Of a stretch of DNA of 64,000 nt, positions 12,904 to 26,196 are shown piece by piece. The stretch covers positions 34,534,001-34,598,000 of the forward strand of contig OX597831.1 in NCBI GenBank assembly GCA_951406725.2, written 5' to 3'. The notes under the pieces are model-generated. The model was not told where the DNA came from. It saw nothing but the letters and a program-made list of their open reading frames with translations, and searched no databases. The stretch's first letter is position 1. Each line of letters starts with the position of its first letter. The stretch is from Octopus vulgaris. Taxonomy: Eukaryota. Position numbers and translations under genes: made by a program.

Positions 12904-12970
<67 letters not shown>

Positions 12971-13088
12971 TAATAATATTAATAATATTAATAATAATAA
13001 CAACAACAACAACAACAATAATAATAATAATAACAACAACAACAACAACAATAATAATAATAATAATAATAATATTAATAATTATAAT

Positions 13089-13166
<78 letters not shown>

Positions 13167-13760
13167 CCTTTCTACTTTAGGCACAAGGCCTAGAATTTGA
13201 CTGATACTTATTTTATTGAACCCCGAGAGGATAAAAAGCAAAGTCGGCCTTGGCGAAATTTGAACTCAGAACATAAAGACGGATGAAATGCCGCTAAGCA
13301 TTTATACCGGCGTGCTAACGATTCTGCAGCTCACCGCTTTAGAGCTGCAAGTAATTCTTTCTACTATAGGCACAAGGCCTGGAATTTGAGGGGAGTGGAA
13401 TAGTCGATTACATCGACGCCAGTAGTTGACTGGTACTTATTTCATCGACCCCGAAAGGATGAAAGGCAAAGTCAACCTCGGCGGAATTTAAACTCAGAAC
13501 GTAGTGACGGACGAAATGATGCTGGGCACTTCGTCCGGCGTGCTAGCGGTTCTGTCAACTCACAGCCTTAATTTCCATTTTACTATAAGCACAAGGCCTG
13601 AAATTTCGAGGGAGTGGGATAAGTCAACTGGTACCGATTTTATCGACCTAAGGAAGGATAAAAGGCAAAATCGACCTTAGCAGGAATTTGAGGTCACAAC
13701 ATAAACGGCCGGAAGAACCGTTGCTATGTATCGCTAATGGTTCTTTCAGCTTGCCGCCTT
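12508..13760 (-). mobile_element. Cluster of family B (Meta-like) SINEs, same orientation, around an (AAT)/(AAC)n array at 12905-13165
   Basis: At least five repeats of atcgaccccgaaaggatgaaaggcaaagtc.acctcggcggaatttgaactcagaac. Confidence 0.85.
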
Positions 13761-13805
13761 TGTTTATCTATTTATTTTTTTTTCTTTCTTTTTATTTTTT
13801 CTTTT

Positions 13806-14007
13806 TTCTTTTGCTTGTTTCAGTCATTTGACTGCGGCCATGCTGGAGCACCGCCTTTAGTCGAGCAAATCGACCCCGGGACTTATTCTTTGTAAGCCCA
13901 GTACTTATTCTATCGGTCTCTTTTTGCCGAACTGCTAAGTGATGGGGACGTAAACACACCAGCATCGGTTGTCAAGCAATGCTAGGGGGACAAACACAGA
14001 CACACAA

Positions 14008-14054
<47 letters not shown>

Positions 14055-14205
14055 TACGACAGGCTTCTTTCAGTTTCCGTCTACCAAATCCACTCACAAG
14101 GCATTGGTCGGCCCGGGGCTATAGCAGAAGACACTTGCCCAAGATGCCACGCAGTGGGACTGAACCCGGAACCATGTGGTTGGTTAGCAAGCTACTTACC
14201 ACACA
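13806..14205 (-). mobile_element. tRNA-derived SINE family C (internal TA/CA microsatellite, gtaaaaga tail)
   Basis: Matches the consensus aggcgcaggagtggctgtgtggtaag..ggttcagtccc..ttgggcaagtgtcttc..aatgactgaaacaagtaaaagag seen in more than 10 copies in this window. Confidence 0.85.
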
Positions 14206-14514
14206 ATATTATTTATTTATTTATTTATTTATTCATTCATTCATTTATTATTTTTGATTTCTACTGTAAACACAAGGCCGGAACTTTTGAGTGAGTTGGT
14301 TGGTCGATTAGATCGATCCCAGTATTTGAATGGTATTCTTTTGTAGATCCCGAATGGATGGGATAAAATAAAGCTTCTTCGCCAGTCACGAAAGGGCGAA
14401 AGGCAAGGGGTCAGCGTCGACAGAATTTGAAATGAGAATGTGAAGAGCTGGAAGAATTACCGCTTAGCATTTATTCGACACACCAACGCCTCTACCAGCT
14501 GAAGAAGATCAACA

Positions 14515-14516
14515 AT

Positions 14517-14585
<69 letters not shown>

Positions 14586-14681
14586 CAGCAGTAGCAGTAG
14601 TAGTAGTAGAAGTGACGGAGAAGGAGAAGAGACGGAGGAGGAGGAGAAGAAGAGACAGAGAAGGAGGAAGGGCTGCAGCAA

Positions 14682-14754
<73 letters not shown>

Positions 14755-14756
14755 TG

Positions 14757-14788
<32 letters not shown>

Positions 14789-14840
14789 GGTGGTGGTGGT
14801 GGTGGTAGTAGTAGTAGTAGTGGTGGTGGTGGTGGTGGTG

Positions 14841-14875
<35 letters not shown>

Positions 14876-14900
14876 GGCGGTGGTGGTGGTGGTGGTGGTG

Positions 14901-14946
<46 letters not shown>
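14515..14946. repeat. Compound (TAG)n/(CAG)n/(TGG)n microsatellite
   Basis: Directly visible. Confidence 0.95.
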
Positions 14947-15339
14947 CGCACCATTGAATTTTGAGAATAATCGCGCATTATTGCGAAAAACAAACGTCGC
15001 TGCTTGTGTTCTTGGTGATGGCTGATACACAGATTTACAGACTTCCTGTTTGGGAAGACATATTGAATGGAAGAATTTCTGTGAAATGCAGTCTTGAGAT
15101 CCCACTTGAAATTATAGTGTTTCTGTATGTAAGACGTTCGGAAGACGATGTCATAGTGTCATTGTGGTAGCGTTGAAAGGGTTGTAGTAAGAGATGTAAG
15201 GAAAGAGATAGAGGGTGTGAGAGAGATGGAGAGTGAAGGACGAAGAGGGGTAGGAGATAGGCAAATGGTAGAGGGAGGGAGAATGTAGAGGAAGATAGAC
15301 GGAAGTAAAGCAGGACACAAGGATAATGGAGAGAATGGG

Positions 15340-15424
<85 letters not shown>

Positions 15425-15611
15425 GCAAATAGTCATTGACCCAAAGCGATAGATAGTAAAATTGATTAATAGCTTGACTCATGAAAGGCAGGGAGTGTGA
15501 AAGTGAAGCTGGATGGGGAGTAGAGGTAGAAGAAGAGAGAGAAGAGGATGAAAAGAAGAGATAGGGAGATGAAAGAAGAATTAGTTTTGAGAGTTTGAAC
15601 TTAGATGAATA

Positions 15612-15659
<48 letters not shown>

Positions 15660-15666
<7 letters not shown>

Positions 15667-16400
15667 CTTTTACTCACTAATGGGTTACAGCCAGAGCTGG
15701 GGCCATTTAGATATACATAAACCCGGAAAAGAAGCACACTATAATGTGTAGAGCAGTTAATATTATAGTGGGGTAGGCCGGTTTATGGGGTTAGCCTGGG
15801 TTTCTCGCCCATAAGAGGTTTAGCATTACGGCGTATCTTCAGATCCTAAACACTGCTGGCCTGAGACCTCTTTAAAATATGGAGAGGGGAAAGCCTCGTT
15901 TTTAAAGATAAAACCCTAGGTGATTATCTCCCTTTACCATTGTCCATCGATCTTCGGCCAGCTGTCATCTTGCGGTTACTAAAGCACAACGAAGGTAAAT
16001 GATTGTCTCCCTTCGGCCTTGGCTATTGGCTTTCGGCTGTGGTGCCGCCCTGCTGATTCCAAAATGCCAGCAGGAATATTCTAAAATGCAGGCATGGTCC
16101 GAAAATCTCCGTCCTGCAGTTCAGGATTCTACCTGGAACGAGTGAGTCTTTAAGAATCCTCGTGCGTTCAGCAATGCATAACTTGCACCGTTTCGTTCCG
16201 TTAATGTAGGGGCCTGGGTTCTCGGGTATTTTCCATGCGATTGAGTATGGAATCTCTTCGTCTCGTAATTGCCAGATATGGCTGGCCAGTGATGTCACGT
16301 ATCTCCTTTCCGGGACTCTGAAGGAGGACAGATTATTGGAAATACGCTGTTTGAGAAAGTTACCCGCGTGATGTCGTTGCGCCTGTTGCTAGTGTTGGTG
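15660..16400 (-). mobile_element. Penelope-like element 3' fragment (GIY-YIG tail, 3' UTR, decayed hammerhead)
   Basis: TSLASHIWQLRDEEIPYSIAWKI..PYINGTKRCKLCIAERTRIL..ILNCRTEIFGPCLH matches the PLE endonuclease C-terminus. Downstream on the same strand, 15788-15846 reads CTGAAGA..cgcc/ggcg..GAAAC. Confidence 0.75.
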
Positions 16401-18317
16401 TTGTTGCTGCTGGAGTTGGGGCTGTTGCTGCTGGTGCTGGTATTGCCGTCGCTGGGGGTGATGTTGGTACCCGTCATATTCGCCTCCCTGCGCGTGTTGC
16501 CTTTTGGTGTAGTCGTTGTTGCTGATGATGCTGTGATTGCTGTTGTTGCTGCTTTATTACTCCGCTATAAAATATATATATATATATATTCAAATAAGTC
16601 ACATACACTCATACACATATACTTCTCAGTCTTCGGCCTAAAGTACGTAACGAACGCAGAAACACACACACATTCACAGACACATACACATTCATATAGA
16701 AAATGTGACGTCGTTGTCGTCGTAGTGGTATAAAAAGTCGTTTACGATAGTTGACTTATAGGAACATTATAATGTTAAATGTTTGTAATGCAAATATGTA
16801 AATGAGAATAAAGTTTATTTGATAGCTGAAAAATTACTAAATCTTTTGATACCCCATACATCAAAATCGACAACGAAGTTTTCGAATGCATAAGGAACAT
16901 ACGCGCGCGCACATACACACAAACCACACACACACACACTCACAAATGCACACACACACACACGCACACAAACTCTGCTTTACATATTGGGATTATGAAT
17001 ACAATCTGATTTAAACATATACCATTGTGGAAACTTTTAGACGATCATAATTCCCTCAAATTACACCAATCAGATCTTCCTCAAATGGCACCCTAATATC
17101 TTAAATATAGCAAACTAAACTAAGAATAGTTTCTCGTTGTATAGAAAAATATATGTAGCGGTCACTACTGGAGGGCCTTTTGTGTTAGATCTGACCTGAA
17201 GGCTAGACACTCACAACTGTTTAAACTATCGGACTGTAAGATAAATCCGTTAGTTCTTTTTTTTGTTTCTTCAATTTCTTTAAATTCTTGACTTAACACG
17301 AAAAATATTTTCCTTGTAGTATTTTAACGTTTTTTTTTTTTTTTGTAACCCTAGTCTTCCTCAGCAAATTCTCCTTATCGTTTTTGACGTTTGAATAAGT
17401 TTTACCTGTTTTCAGACGTATTACGATAGAGTGCCAAGTAGAAAAAAGCGAACTAATTTATCTGACAGACCAATACATCATTTGTCCTCATCTTTGAGTC
17501 TCATAGTTGTTCAGTGTTACGTGTAGAATCTGAAATATCATTTCAACTTTCCGTTAAATTATGAATACTTTCCTTAGAGATTTCCTTTCATTTATATTCG
17601 TACAATGCCTGCAGAAATGATTGTAAATTTGTATTTGTTTCAGTTCAGAAGTTCTTGTTTGTTTGGAAACAAACATGTAATAAATAAAAGGAAAAAGAAA
17701 GCCGCGTGAAGGGATGTCGTATATTTGACAGCTGAACAAATGAATAATTTTTATTCAGTTATCAAATGGGAAAACATCCAATGTTTTGAACAAAACAAAA
17801 CAAAACAACAACATTATGAACATTGACATAAACCATACATATATACATATATAGGCGTAAACACTGTATATACTTGATAGTATTTGGAAGCTTTACTGAG
17901 AGCAAAACACAAACCGAAAACCCAACACATACAGCACACGTAAAATTCATCATCAATTCTACCTGGAATGAAACGCTGTAAAAGTCTTAATCTGGTGCTG
18001 ATGATTTTATCAGTTATAACAATATTCCTACGATCCTTGGTGACTCACTACAAAGCACGCAAACAACATGCCTTTATAATTATTTCATTCTAATGATAAT
18101 TTCAAGGAATTCTTGAAACTTTCACTATATACATGTATTCTTTTATTATTTTATTTGTTTCAGTCATTTGACAAATCCACTGCAGGACTTATACCTTGTA
18201 ATCCTAGTACTTATTCCATCGGTCTCTTTCGCCGAACCGCTAGGTTACAGGGACGTAGATACACACCAACATTGATTGTCAAGCGATGCTGGGGGCGGGG
18301 ACAAACACAGACATACA

Positions 18318-18351
<34 letters not shown>

Positions 18352-18352
<1 letters not shown>

Positions 18353-18761
18353 TCTCTTTTACTCTTTTACTTGTTTCAGTCATTTGACTGCGGCCATGCT
18401 GGAGCACCGCTTTTAATCGAGCAACTCGAACCCGGGACTTATTATTTGTAAGCCCAGTACTTATTCTATCGGTCTCTTTTGCCGAACCGCTAAGTGACGG
18501 GGACATAAACACACCAGCATCGGTTGTCAAGCAATGCTAGGGGGACAAACACAGACACACAAACATACACGCACACATATATATATATACATATATACGA
18601 CGGGCTTCTTTCAGTTTCCGTCTACCAAATCCACTCACAAGGCTTTTGTCGGCGCGAGGCTACAGTAGAAGACACTTACTCAAGGTGCCACACAGTGGGA
18701 CTGAACCCAGAACCATGTGATTGGTAAGCAAACTACTTAACACACAGCCACTCCTGCGCCT
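18352..18761 (-). mobile_element. SINE family C, full length, inserted into an older family C copy (18140-18345)
   Basis: Complete head-to-tail match to the family consensus. Confidence 0.85.
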
Positions 18762-18982
18762 ATATGTATAGTATGTTATTTTTAATGGTGGATCTCGAAT
18801 TAGTTAAAACTATAAGTAACAGCGTATAGGAAATTTGGCTTGAAAAATATCGAAGGCTGTTAGTGAGACACGAACTCGTGTCATCGATGAACATGACAGA
18901 CGTACTAACTATTAGACAAAAACAATACTTCGAAAATTCTTTATCCATTTTGCAAGCTTTGTCCTTACCAAGCTTTGTCCTT

Positions 18983-19205
18983 CAAATGACTGAAACAAGT
19001 AAAAGAGTAAAAGAGAGTATATATATATATATATATATGTTTGTATGTCTGTGTTTGTCTCCGCCCCCAGCATCGATTGACAATCAATGTTGGTGTGTAT
19101 CTAAGTCCCTGTAACCTAGCGGTTCGGCGAAAGAGACCGATAGAATAAGTACTAGGATTACAAGGTATAAGTCCTGGAGTGGATTTGTCAAATGACTGAA
19201 ACAAA
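18983..19205 (+). repeat. Inverted duplicate of 18155-18387
   Basis: Shares private variants (gacaaatccact, caacattgattgtcaa) and the SINE-SINE junction. Confidence 0.8.
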
Positions 19206-19817
19206 TTATAAAAATTAAGAAATTTGAGAAATATGAAGTAAATCATTTTAAACCGTGGTACTCGAAGTAGATAAAGCTACAAAGAATAACGAGTAGAATT
19301 TTGTGTTGAGAAATCTCTTGGGTGGAAAAAAGTAGTTGAAGGTTACTCAACTCAGTATTTTATACGCAATCATTTACAATTTAATCTAAGGTAGCAGGCT
19401 GGCAAAATCGCACCGTGGCGAACAAGATGCTTCACGGCATTTTACTCGTCTTTACATTCGGAGTTCAAATCCTACCGAGATCGGTTTTACCTTTTGTCCT
19501 TTTGAGTTCAATGATAAAAAAAAGTACCAGTTGAGCCCTGGGGTTGATGTTATCGACTATCACTCTCCATTCAAATCCCAGTTTTTTGTGCCTTTAATTA
19601 AAAAGATTGTATATAGCTTTATCTATTTTGGATTCTACGTTACAAATATAGTTTGTCTCAGGAAGTTTCTTAATTCTCATAACGTATGTATAAATATATA
19701 TACACACATGAACACATACAGATACATACATGTGTGTGTGTGTCTTTGTGTGTGCGTGTGTGTGGTGTGTATATATGTGTGCGTACATATATATATATGT
19801 GTGTGTGTGTGTGTATG

Positions 19818-19868
<51 letters not shown>

Positions 19869-20299
19869 CGTGCTTCCGCATTCTCTTTACCGGTTTCCAC
19901 TCTCGAGATATTGGCCTACCTGAGGCTGTAGAAGCGTAATATAAGACACGAGCTTTTTAAGCAGACAACCATACTTGAACTTAAGCGAAATAGAATTTTC
20001 AAACTATCAATTATTGAAGTAATTCAATTCAATTGCAAGAGTAATGAGGTGTAATAAATGTAAGGAGATTTATTACAAAGTAAGTCAAACATACAAAATG
20101 AAACAATATCTTTTGCTTAATTATGTCCAAGACATTTGCTTCATTGACCACGTCTATTCATTAAGAGCATGTCTTTGTTCATTAACGCGCAAAGAGAAGA
20201 CATATATGTCTATATATAGAAGTAGTTCGATGATAAAAATCGTTACTTATTAGGAATTAACTGATACGATTTTATTGGGAATTATAACAGACGTTATAA

Positions 20300-21050
20300 A
20301 TACGAATTCTAGTCATAAAGAAGAACAGGTTCACACACGTAACGCAATCCAGGGGTTGCGAGACGTAGTTGAGGACATTTAATGAAACAATTTTTATCTA
20401 GGAAGTCCAAAAATATCAATGAGAGAACTGGAATCGGTGATATACCGGCACAAAATGATCCCTGTTCCTTTTGTACTGTACCTAGACACCAACGCTTCAA
20501 AAGTAGAGAACAATGGGATTTAAATCTGGCTAGTTTGAAGAGCACAAGTTTAGTGTTACATGATCGTAAAAATTGTCTGCTAGTCGTTGTTGAGTTATGT
20601 GCGATTTACGAGAAGGTACTGAGTCTTGTTGAAACACATATGGTATTCCACTGCGTACTTCATCCATCCAGAGCTTAAATGTCTCCGGAAATTCAACGTA
20701 ATAGCAATATTAACTCTAAGACCTTGTGGAAAGATGTGAGGTACCATGATATGATCTTCATTACTCACCTCCCCGAAATCCGTCAGTGTTATTGAAAAGT
20801 TAGTGTGCACTGGGAACATCGGAAGGTTCTGTACATAACCATGTCACTTCTCCTGTCAAACGTTTGGTCTTGGTGGAAGTTTTCCTCAACAGAGAACCAG
20901 AGCATGCCATGTTCGTGAGGGCTTTTGACCTTGTAAATTAACTGCTTGACGCGGATGAACACATCTCATTTTACTTGGCTTATATCGAATGTCCTCGTGC
21001 GCCACTGTTCTGATAGTCAAGTCCCACACTTTAAAGAGCTTAAAGAGACG
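20300..21050 (-). mobile_element. Decayed DD37D (maT-like) Tc1/mariner-superfamily transposase
   Basis: Minus-strand fragments GMLWFSVEENFHQDQ, VHTNFS..GEVSNEDHIMVPHIFPQGLRVN, PYVFQQDSVPS and N*PDLNP correspond to FSDEKNF / VSNEGHVMPPHFF / YVFQQDSAPSH / SPDLNP. Confidence 0.7.
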
Positions 21051-21849
21051 GAACAAATACAGGAAAACATTTTTCCCGATGGTCTAGCGTTACTGCCAAT
21101 CCACCATCCTAATAATGGTTCCAAATTTCGGAACAAGATTGGCAATTCTGAGGCGAGGGGTAAGTCGATTACATCGACCCTGCGTCCAGTACTTGACTGG
21201 TATTTTATTTTATCGGCCTTGCAAGGATGAAAGGCAACGTTCAGTGGCATTTGAACTCCAATACTTAAAGAACAGTAACAACTGTTCTTGGACAAAGAAG
21301 TCAACACTATTGAAAACGAAGAACACTAAGACGGTCTTCAATAAAAAACAAGCTTACGAAAGACGAATTCATTAAGTTACATTAAATTCTTGGTGATGAT
21401 ATTGTAAAAGAATGAATGACAATACGTCATCCTAATATGGAACCTGAGATTGGTTTTACAAAAGAAGTTCATAAGTAGAGGGATTATTTATATCTTCCAT
21501 ATTTCTAGATAAGGATTTCACTCTAGCTGTAAATTGATTCTCACATTATCGATCTTGTCTTCATCATTGTTTAGCTCCAAGCCAACGATAATCAAGAAAA
21601 CCTATGATTAAAGGTGTTCCAGACGTAACCATTCCGCTCGTTTTTATTCATTGTATTTCAGATTTTATTGGCAATAAAGCGGGATTTGAGAGAGGCCAGG
21701 CAGTTTTTTAAGCAGATCAAGCAAGCAGAGTTGATACGCCCTACATTACGCTTCATTTACGTAAAGAGCAGTAAAAGTCGGAACAAACAATGATATAAGG
21801 GAACGCAGCTGAATACCGCTTTCTGTTTCAAAGAGTTCTAAATTAAAAT

Positions 21850-22360
21850 CATGTAAATTTTATGCAAATTTAAACCTTATGTAAAATCTTATGTAAATTT
21901 TATGTAAATTAAAATTCCAAACACTAGCTAAGTAATGATAAAATTATTTTGCTAGATTCTTCAATATTTCCAAAATTAACAAAAACATAAGCAGCATAAT
22001 TCATTGGTAACAAAATGGTTAAATATAGTATTTCGCCTGAAACCGCCTCTGCTTTAATGGTACATATTTCCTGTTTTAAATTAGAACCTCCCATCAAAAT
22101 TACAAGTTGATTTATGTTTCAATTATCAAATTAATACTGAAAAAGTTATTTTCGCTACTCTTCATTATTTTCGAAATTAATCGAGACAAAAGCTGTGTGT
22201 TTCAGAAGAAATACAGAAACAGAAGCATTAAGCCTTCTGGTACCAACCCACCTGAAACCGCTCCTGGTTCTTTGATGTAAGCTTTGTGTTTTAAAATTAT
22301 CTAAAAATTAAAACCATCCATCAAAATTGTATGTATTTAAATTCCAAATCCTAGCTTAAA
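21850..22360. repeat. Degenerate tandem copies (~200 bp) of a TTAA-ended non-autonomous repeat
   Basis: Recurring cctgaaaccgc.tc, attccaaa..ctagcttaa, ttcattattttcaaaattaa and ggtaacaaaatggTTAA. A further piece lies at 23390-23480. Confidence 0.5.
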
Positions 22361-23668
22361 TAATAATCGCTTCACATTTGAATACAAGGTCATTAATTTT
22401 AGGGAAAGTTAGTTAGACGATTACATCGACCCCAGTGCTTTCATTTACTCTGAAAGTATTAAAAGCAAAGTCAACATCGGCAGAATTTGAACTCACAACG
22501 TAATGTGCCGGAAAATGCCGCTAGCATTCTTTTTTTTCGGCGATTAAACAGTTCTGCGAGCTGACCGCCTTATTCTTACTTAATAACTCTTTGCATTATT
22601 GGCACAAAGCCTGAAAGTTGTGGGGGAGGGATTCTAGTCACTTACATCGACCCCAATGTTCATTTGGTTCTTTATTTTATCTACTTCGAAATGATGAAAG
22701 GTAAAGTCGATTTCAGCAGAATATGAACCCAGAACGTAAAACACTAGCTTAATAGCACTTGTTAAGGTCCTACCTACAGTTACTATATAGAAATTTCAGC
22801 CAGCACTGATTTTTGCTACAATATTTCGTATCCGAGACGTCATATGTAAACAAACAGTGCGTATATGCACATTTCTGGATCTTTTGCCCTTTCATCAGTA
22901 CCCATCTAACCCCTTAATCATCTATGAACACATTGTTTAAATAGCCACTAAATACAATGAAGGAACAAAAACTCTCTAAATATGGCATATACGCCCGTTA
23001 CGTTTTTCATCTTCGATCTCATTGTTTATTTACACCTGACGTCTCGGACACGAAACGTCGTAACAAAAATCAGAGCTGGCTTTAATTTCCATCGATTATC
23101 TGTAGTGATGACCTTAACAATTGATCTACAGCGCACTGCTAACACAGTAGAACCCGGTAATCGTTTACTATACTCTATAGCATATTTTGGTTAGCATTAA
23201 TGACCTTACAAGTCATTAATACTAGCTTAATAATTCCGTCTGATTTTTTTTGTCACAGGGCTAGAAATTTTGAGAGGAGGCGGAATTCAATTACATCGAC
23301 TCCAGTATTTGACTGATAATTTATTTCATCGATCTCCAAAGGCAAAGTTAATCTCGGTGGGATTTGAGGTTGGCACGTAAAGAACTGAAAATACTAGCTT
23401 TAATAATGACAGTTATGCTATTAAATTTTTCATTATTTTCAAAATTAATTGAAACAAACGCGCAGTGCATTTCAACAAAGTAAGAAGGAAGGTTCATCTC
23501 GGTTTGAACCGCATCACTTAATCATCTCATCCTCTATTCCGTGGTAGAAAACAATTTAATATCTCACGGTGATACGATCTTTTACGTATAAAATCAAATG
23601 ACACCATGCGATTGAATCTGACGAGAAAGATTTCAGCAACTGTCAATGTTTCGTTTAAATATATGTCA

Positions 23669-23669
<1 letters not shown>

Positions 23670-23727
<58 letters not shown>

Positions 23728-23741
23728 CTTACTCTCACCCC

Positions 23742-23785
<44 letters not shown>

Positions 23786-24051
23786 ATCTCTCTGCTTTTA
23801 CTTTTCTCTCGCTTCATCTTTTTCTCTTTTTCCCTCCATATCGCTCTTTCACTCTTTCTCTCTTTTTTCCCGTTTCTCCCTTTCTCTTTCTCAATCTCTA
23901 TTCCTCTTTCCCCTTTCTTACAACACTCTTTCTCAAACTCCCTCTCCTTCTTCCTTTCTCACTCTCTCTCTCTCTCTTTCTCTCACTCTCTATGTCTCTG
24001 TTTTTATTTTTCTGTCACTTCCTTTTTTTCTTTTTCCTCTTTATCGCCCTT

Positions 24052-24091
<40 letters not shown>

Positions 24092-24513
24092 TCTCTCTCT
24101 TTCCCCGTTTCTCCCTTCCTCTCTCTCAATCCCTCCTTCTCTTTTTCTCACTTCCTTTCTCCCTCTCTCTCTCTCAGTTTCATTCCCTCACTTTCTCTCT
24201 CTCTCACTCTCTGTTTCTCGCCCTCATCTTCTCTTTCTCTATCTCTGATATGCTTTCTCTCATTCTTTCTGTCTCTCCCTTTTTCTTTCTCTCTAATTCT
24301 TATTCTCTCTCCCCCTTTCTTCTCTCTCTCTCTCTCTCACTTTTTCTTTCTCTCTCTCACATTTTCTTTCCCTCTCTCTGTCCCTCACACACGCTCTCTC
24401 TCTCTCTCTCTCTCATCCTCACACAAACTCTCTTACACACACACTCTCCCTGCGCCTCTCTCTTTCCCGCACACACTTGCACTCTCTCTTACCCTCTCTC
24501 TGAATCATCCCCC

Positions 24514-24544
<31 letters not shown>

Positions 24545-24545
24545 A
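23670..24545. repeat. ~870-bp CT-rich polypyrimidine tract
   Basis: Directly visible. Confidence 0.95.
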
Positions 24546-25405
24546 ATCATCGTACTTTCTTTTAACATTTCAAACTTTTACTGAAAACGGTTCTTTGACT
24601 CGAGGACTTTTGGTCAATTTCACTAATTCCATTATCAACAACTAATAGCACCTTTCAGCAATCCAACAGTTTGGTAGTTCCAAGTTCTTGTATTTCTCCA
24701 GCTGAGACGGCGAAAAACTACTTTAGCAGAAATGTTTCAACAAGTCGTGATCTCATCTCATAATAGTTGCTGTTGTTGTTGTTACTGTTGTTGTTGTTGT
24801 TGCTGTCGTTGTTGTTGCTGTTGCTGTTGCTGTCGTTGTTGTTGCTGTTGTTGTTGTTGTTGTTGTTGTTGTTGCTGTTGCGTGACATTTGTTTTAAAAT
24901 CTAGCGAGCACTACATGCATGCGTATGTTTGTATATGTAAATTTGGTGTGTGTAGGTATAATTACGTATGCAATTATAACTATACGTATACGTGTATGTG
25001 TATGTATGTATGTATGTATGTATGTATGTATGTATGTATGTATGTATGTATGTACGTGTGTGCGTGTATATTGTGTATATATATAGCTACAAACGTATGC
25101 AAGTGCGTGTATATGTAGTTTATGCTCACATAAAAGTACTGGAAGAAATAATGCAAATAATTTTGTCTAACACCCTAACGATTGTGCCAATTTAACACTC
25201 TTACAAATTATTATTATGTGTGTGTTTACAATCCATTGACGTATAGATGACATCAGTTGTCGCTGGATCTACCAAAATTCTAATGCTGATGGAAGAAATG
25301 CGATGTGTGCAGATCTAACTAATTTGGAGCGCAAAGTGACAAACGTGAACATAGACGGTCGGAGTATTGTCCAAACATCGAACTTTACAACTGTGCTTCA
25401 AACAG

Positions 25406-25817
25406 AGGCGCAGGAGTGGCTGTGTGGTAAGTAGCTTGCTTACCAACCACATGGTAACGGGTTCATTCCCAATGCATGGCAACTTGGGCATGTGTCTTCT
25501 ACTATTGCCTCGGGCCGACCAAAGCCTTGTGAGTGGATTTGGTAGGCGGAAACTGACAGAAGCCCGTCGTATATATGTGTATATATATATGTGTGTGCGC
25601 GCGCGCGCGTGTGTGTGTGTGTGTGTGTGTGTATGTTTACGTGTCTGTGTTTGTGCCCCCAACATCGCTTGACAACCGATGCTGGTGTGTTTACATTCCC
25701 ATAACTTAGCGTTTCGTCAAAAAATAGAATACGTACTGGGGGTCGATTTGCTCGACTAAAGGCGGTGCTCCAGCATGGCCGCAGTCAAATGACTGAAACA
25801 AGTAAAAGCGTAAAGAG
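25406..25817 (+). mobile_element. SINE family C
   Basis: Consensus match. Confidence 0.85.
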
Positions 25818-25829
25818 CATATATATATA

Positions 25830-26127
25830 TAAAAGAAGTTTGAAAACGCCACTTATAAGATAAATTTTAATTTTCTTAGAGATTTTACATGTTTCGGTTC
25901 TTCTTGAAAAAACGAACCTTATCAAAAATATTTCAAAAAGTTAAGTGTAATAAAAAAAAAGTTCATAATTGTTTCTTACTAGTCTCAATAGAGTCCACGT
26001 GGTGGTATTTTGTGGTGGGGAGCATAATGGCTGTCTTGTGCGTTGACTAGATTCGTTGGCTGTAAGTATGAAAATGACCAGTGCCCGAAATAGCAGTAGT
26101 AGCAGTGACTGTTGGTCGTAGTAGTAA
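25830..26127 (-). mobile_element. (TA)n-flanked element with variant hammerhead motif
   Basis: Minus strand 25883-25928: ttt-TTGATAA-ggttc/gaacc-GAAAC-AT-GTA-aaa. Homologous to 54155-54480. Confidence 0.55.
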
Positions 26128-26196
26128 TATATATATATATATATATATATAATGTAATGTATATGTTTATGTTTGTATATTAGGTAATGTGTGTAT

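Noticed and set aside
17400-17615. Possible minus-strand exon (tttctgcag ... cag|gtaaaa)
   Set aside because: The frames I read contain stops and there is no recognisable peptide; at most a non-coding exon, unsupported.
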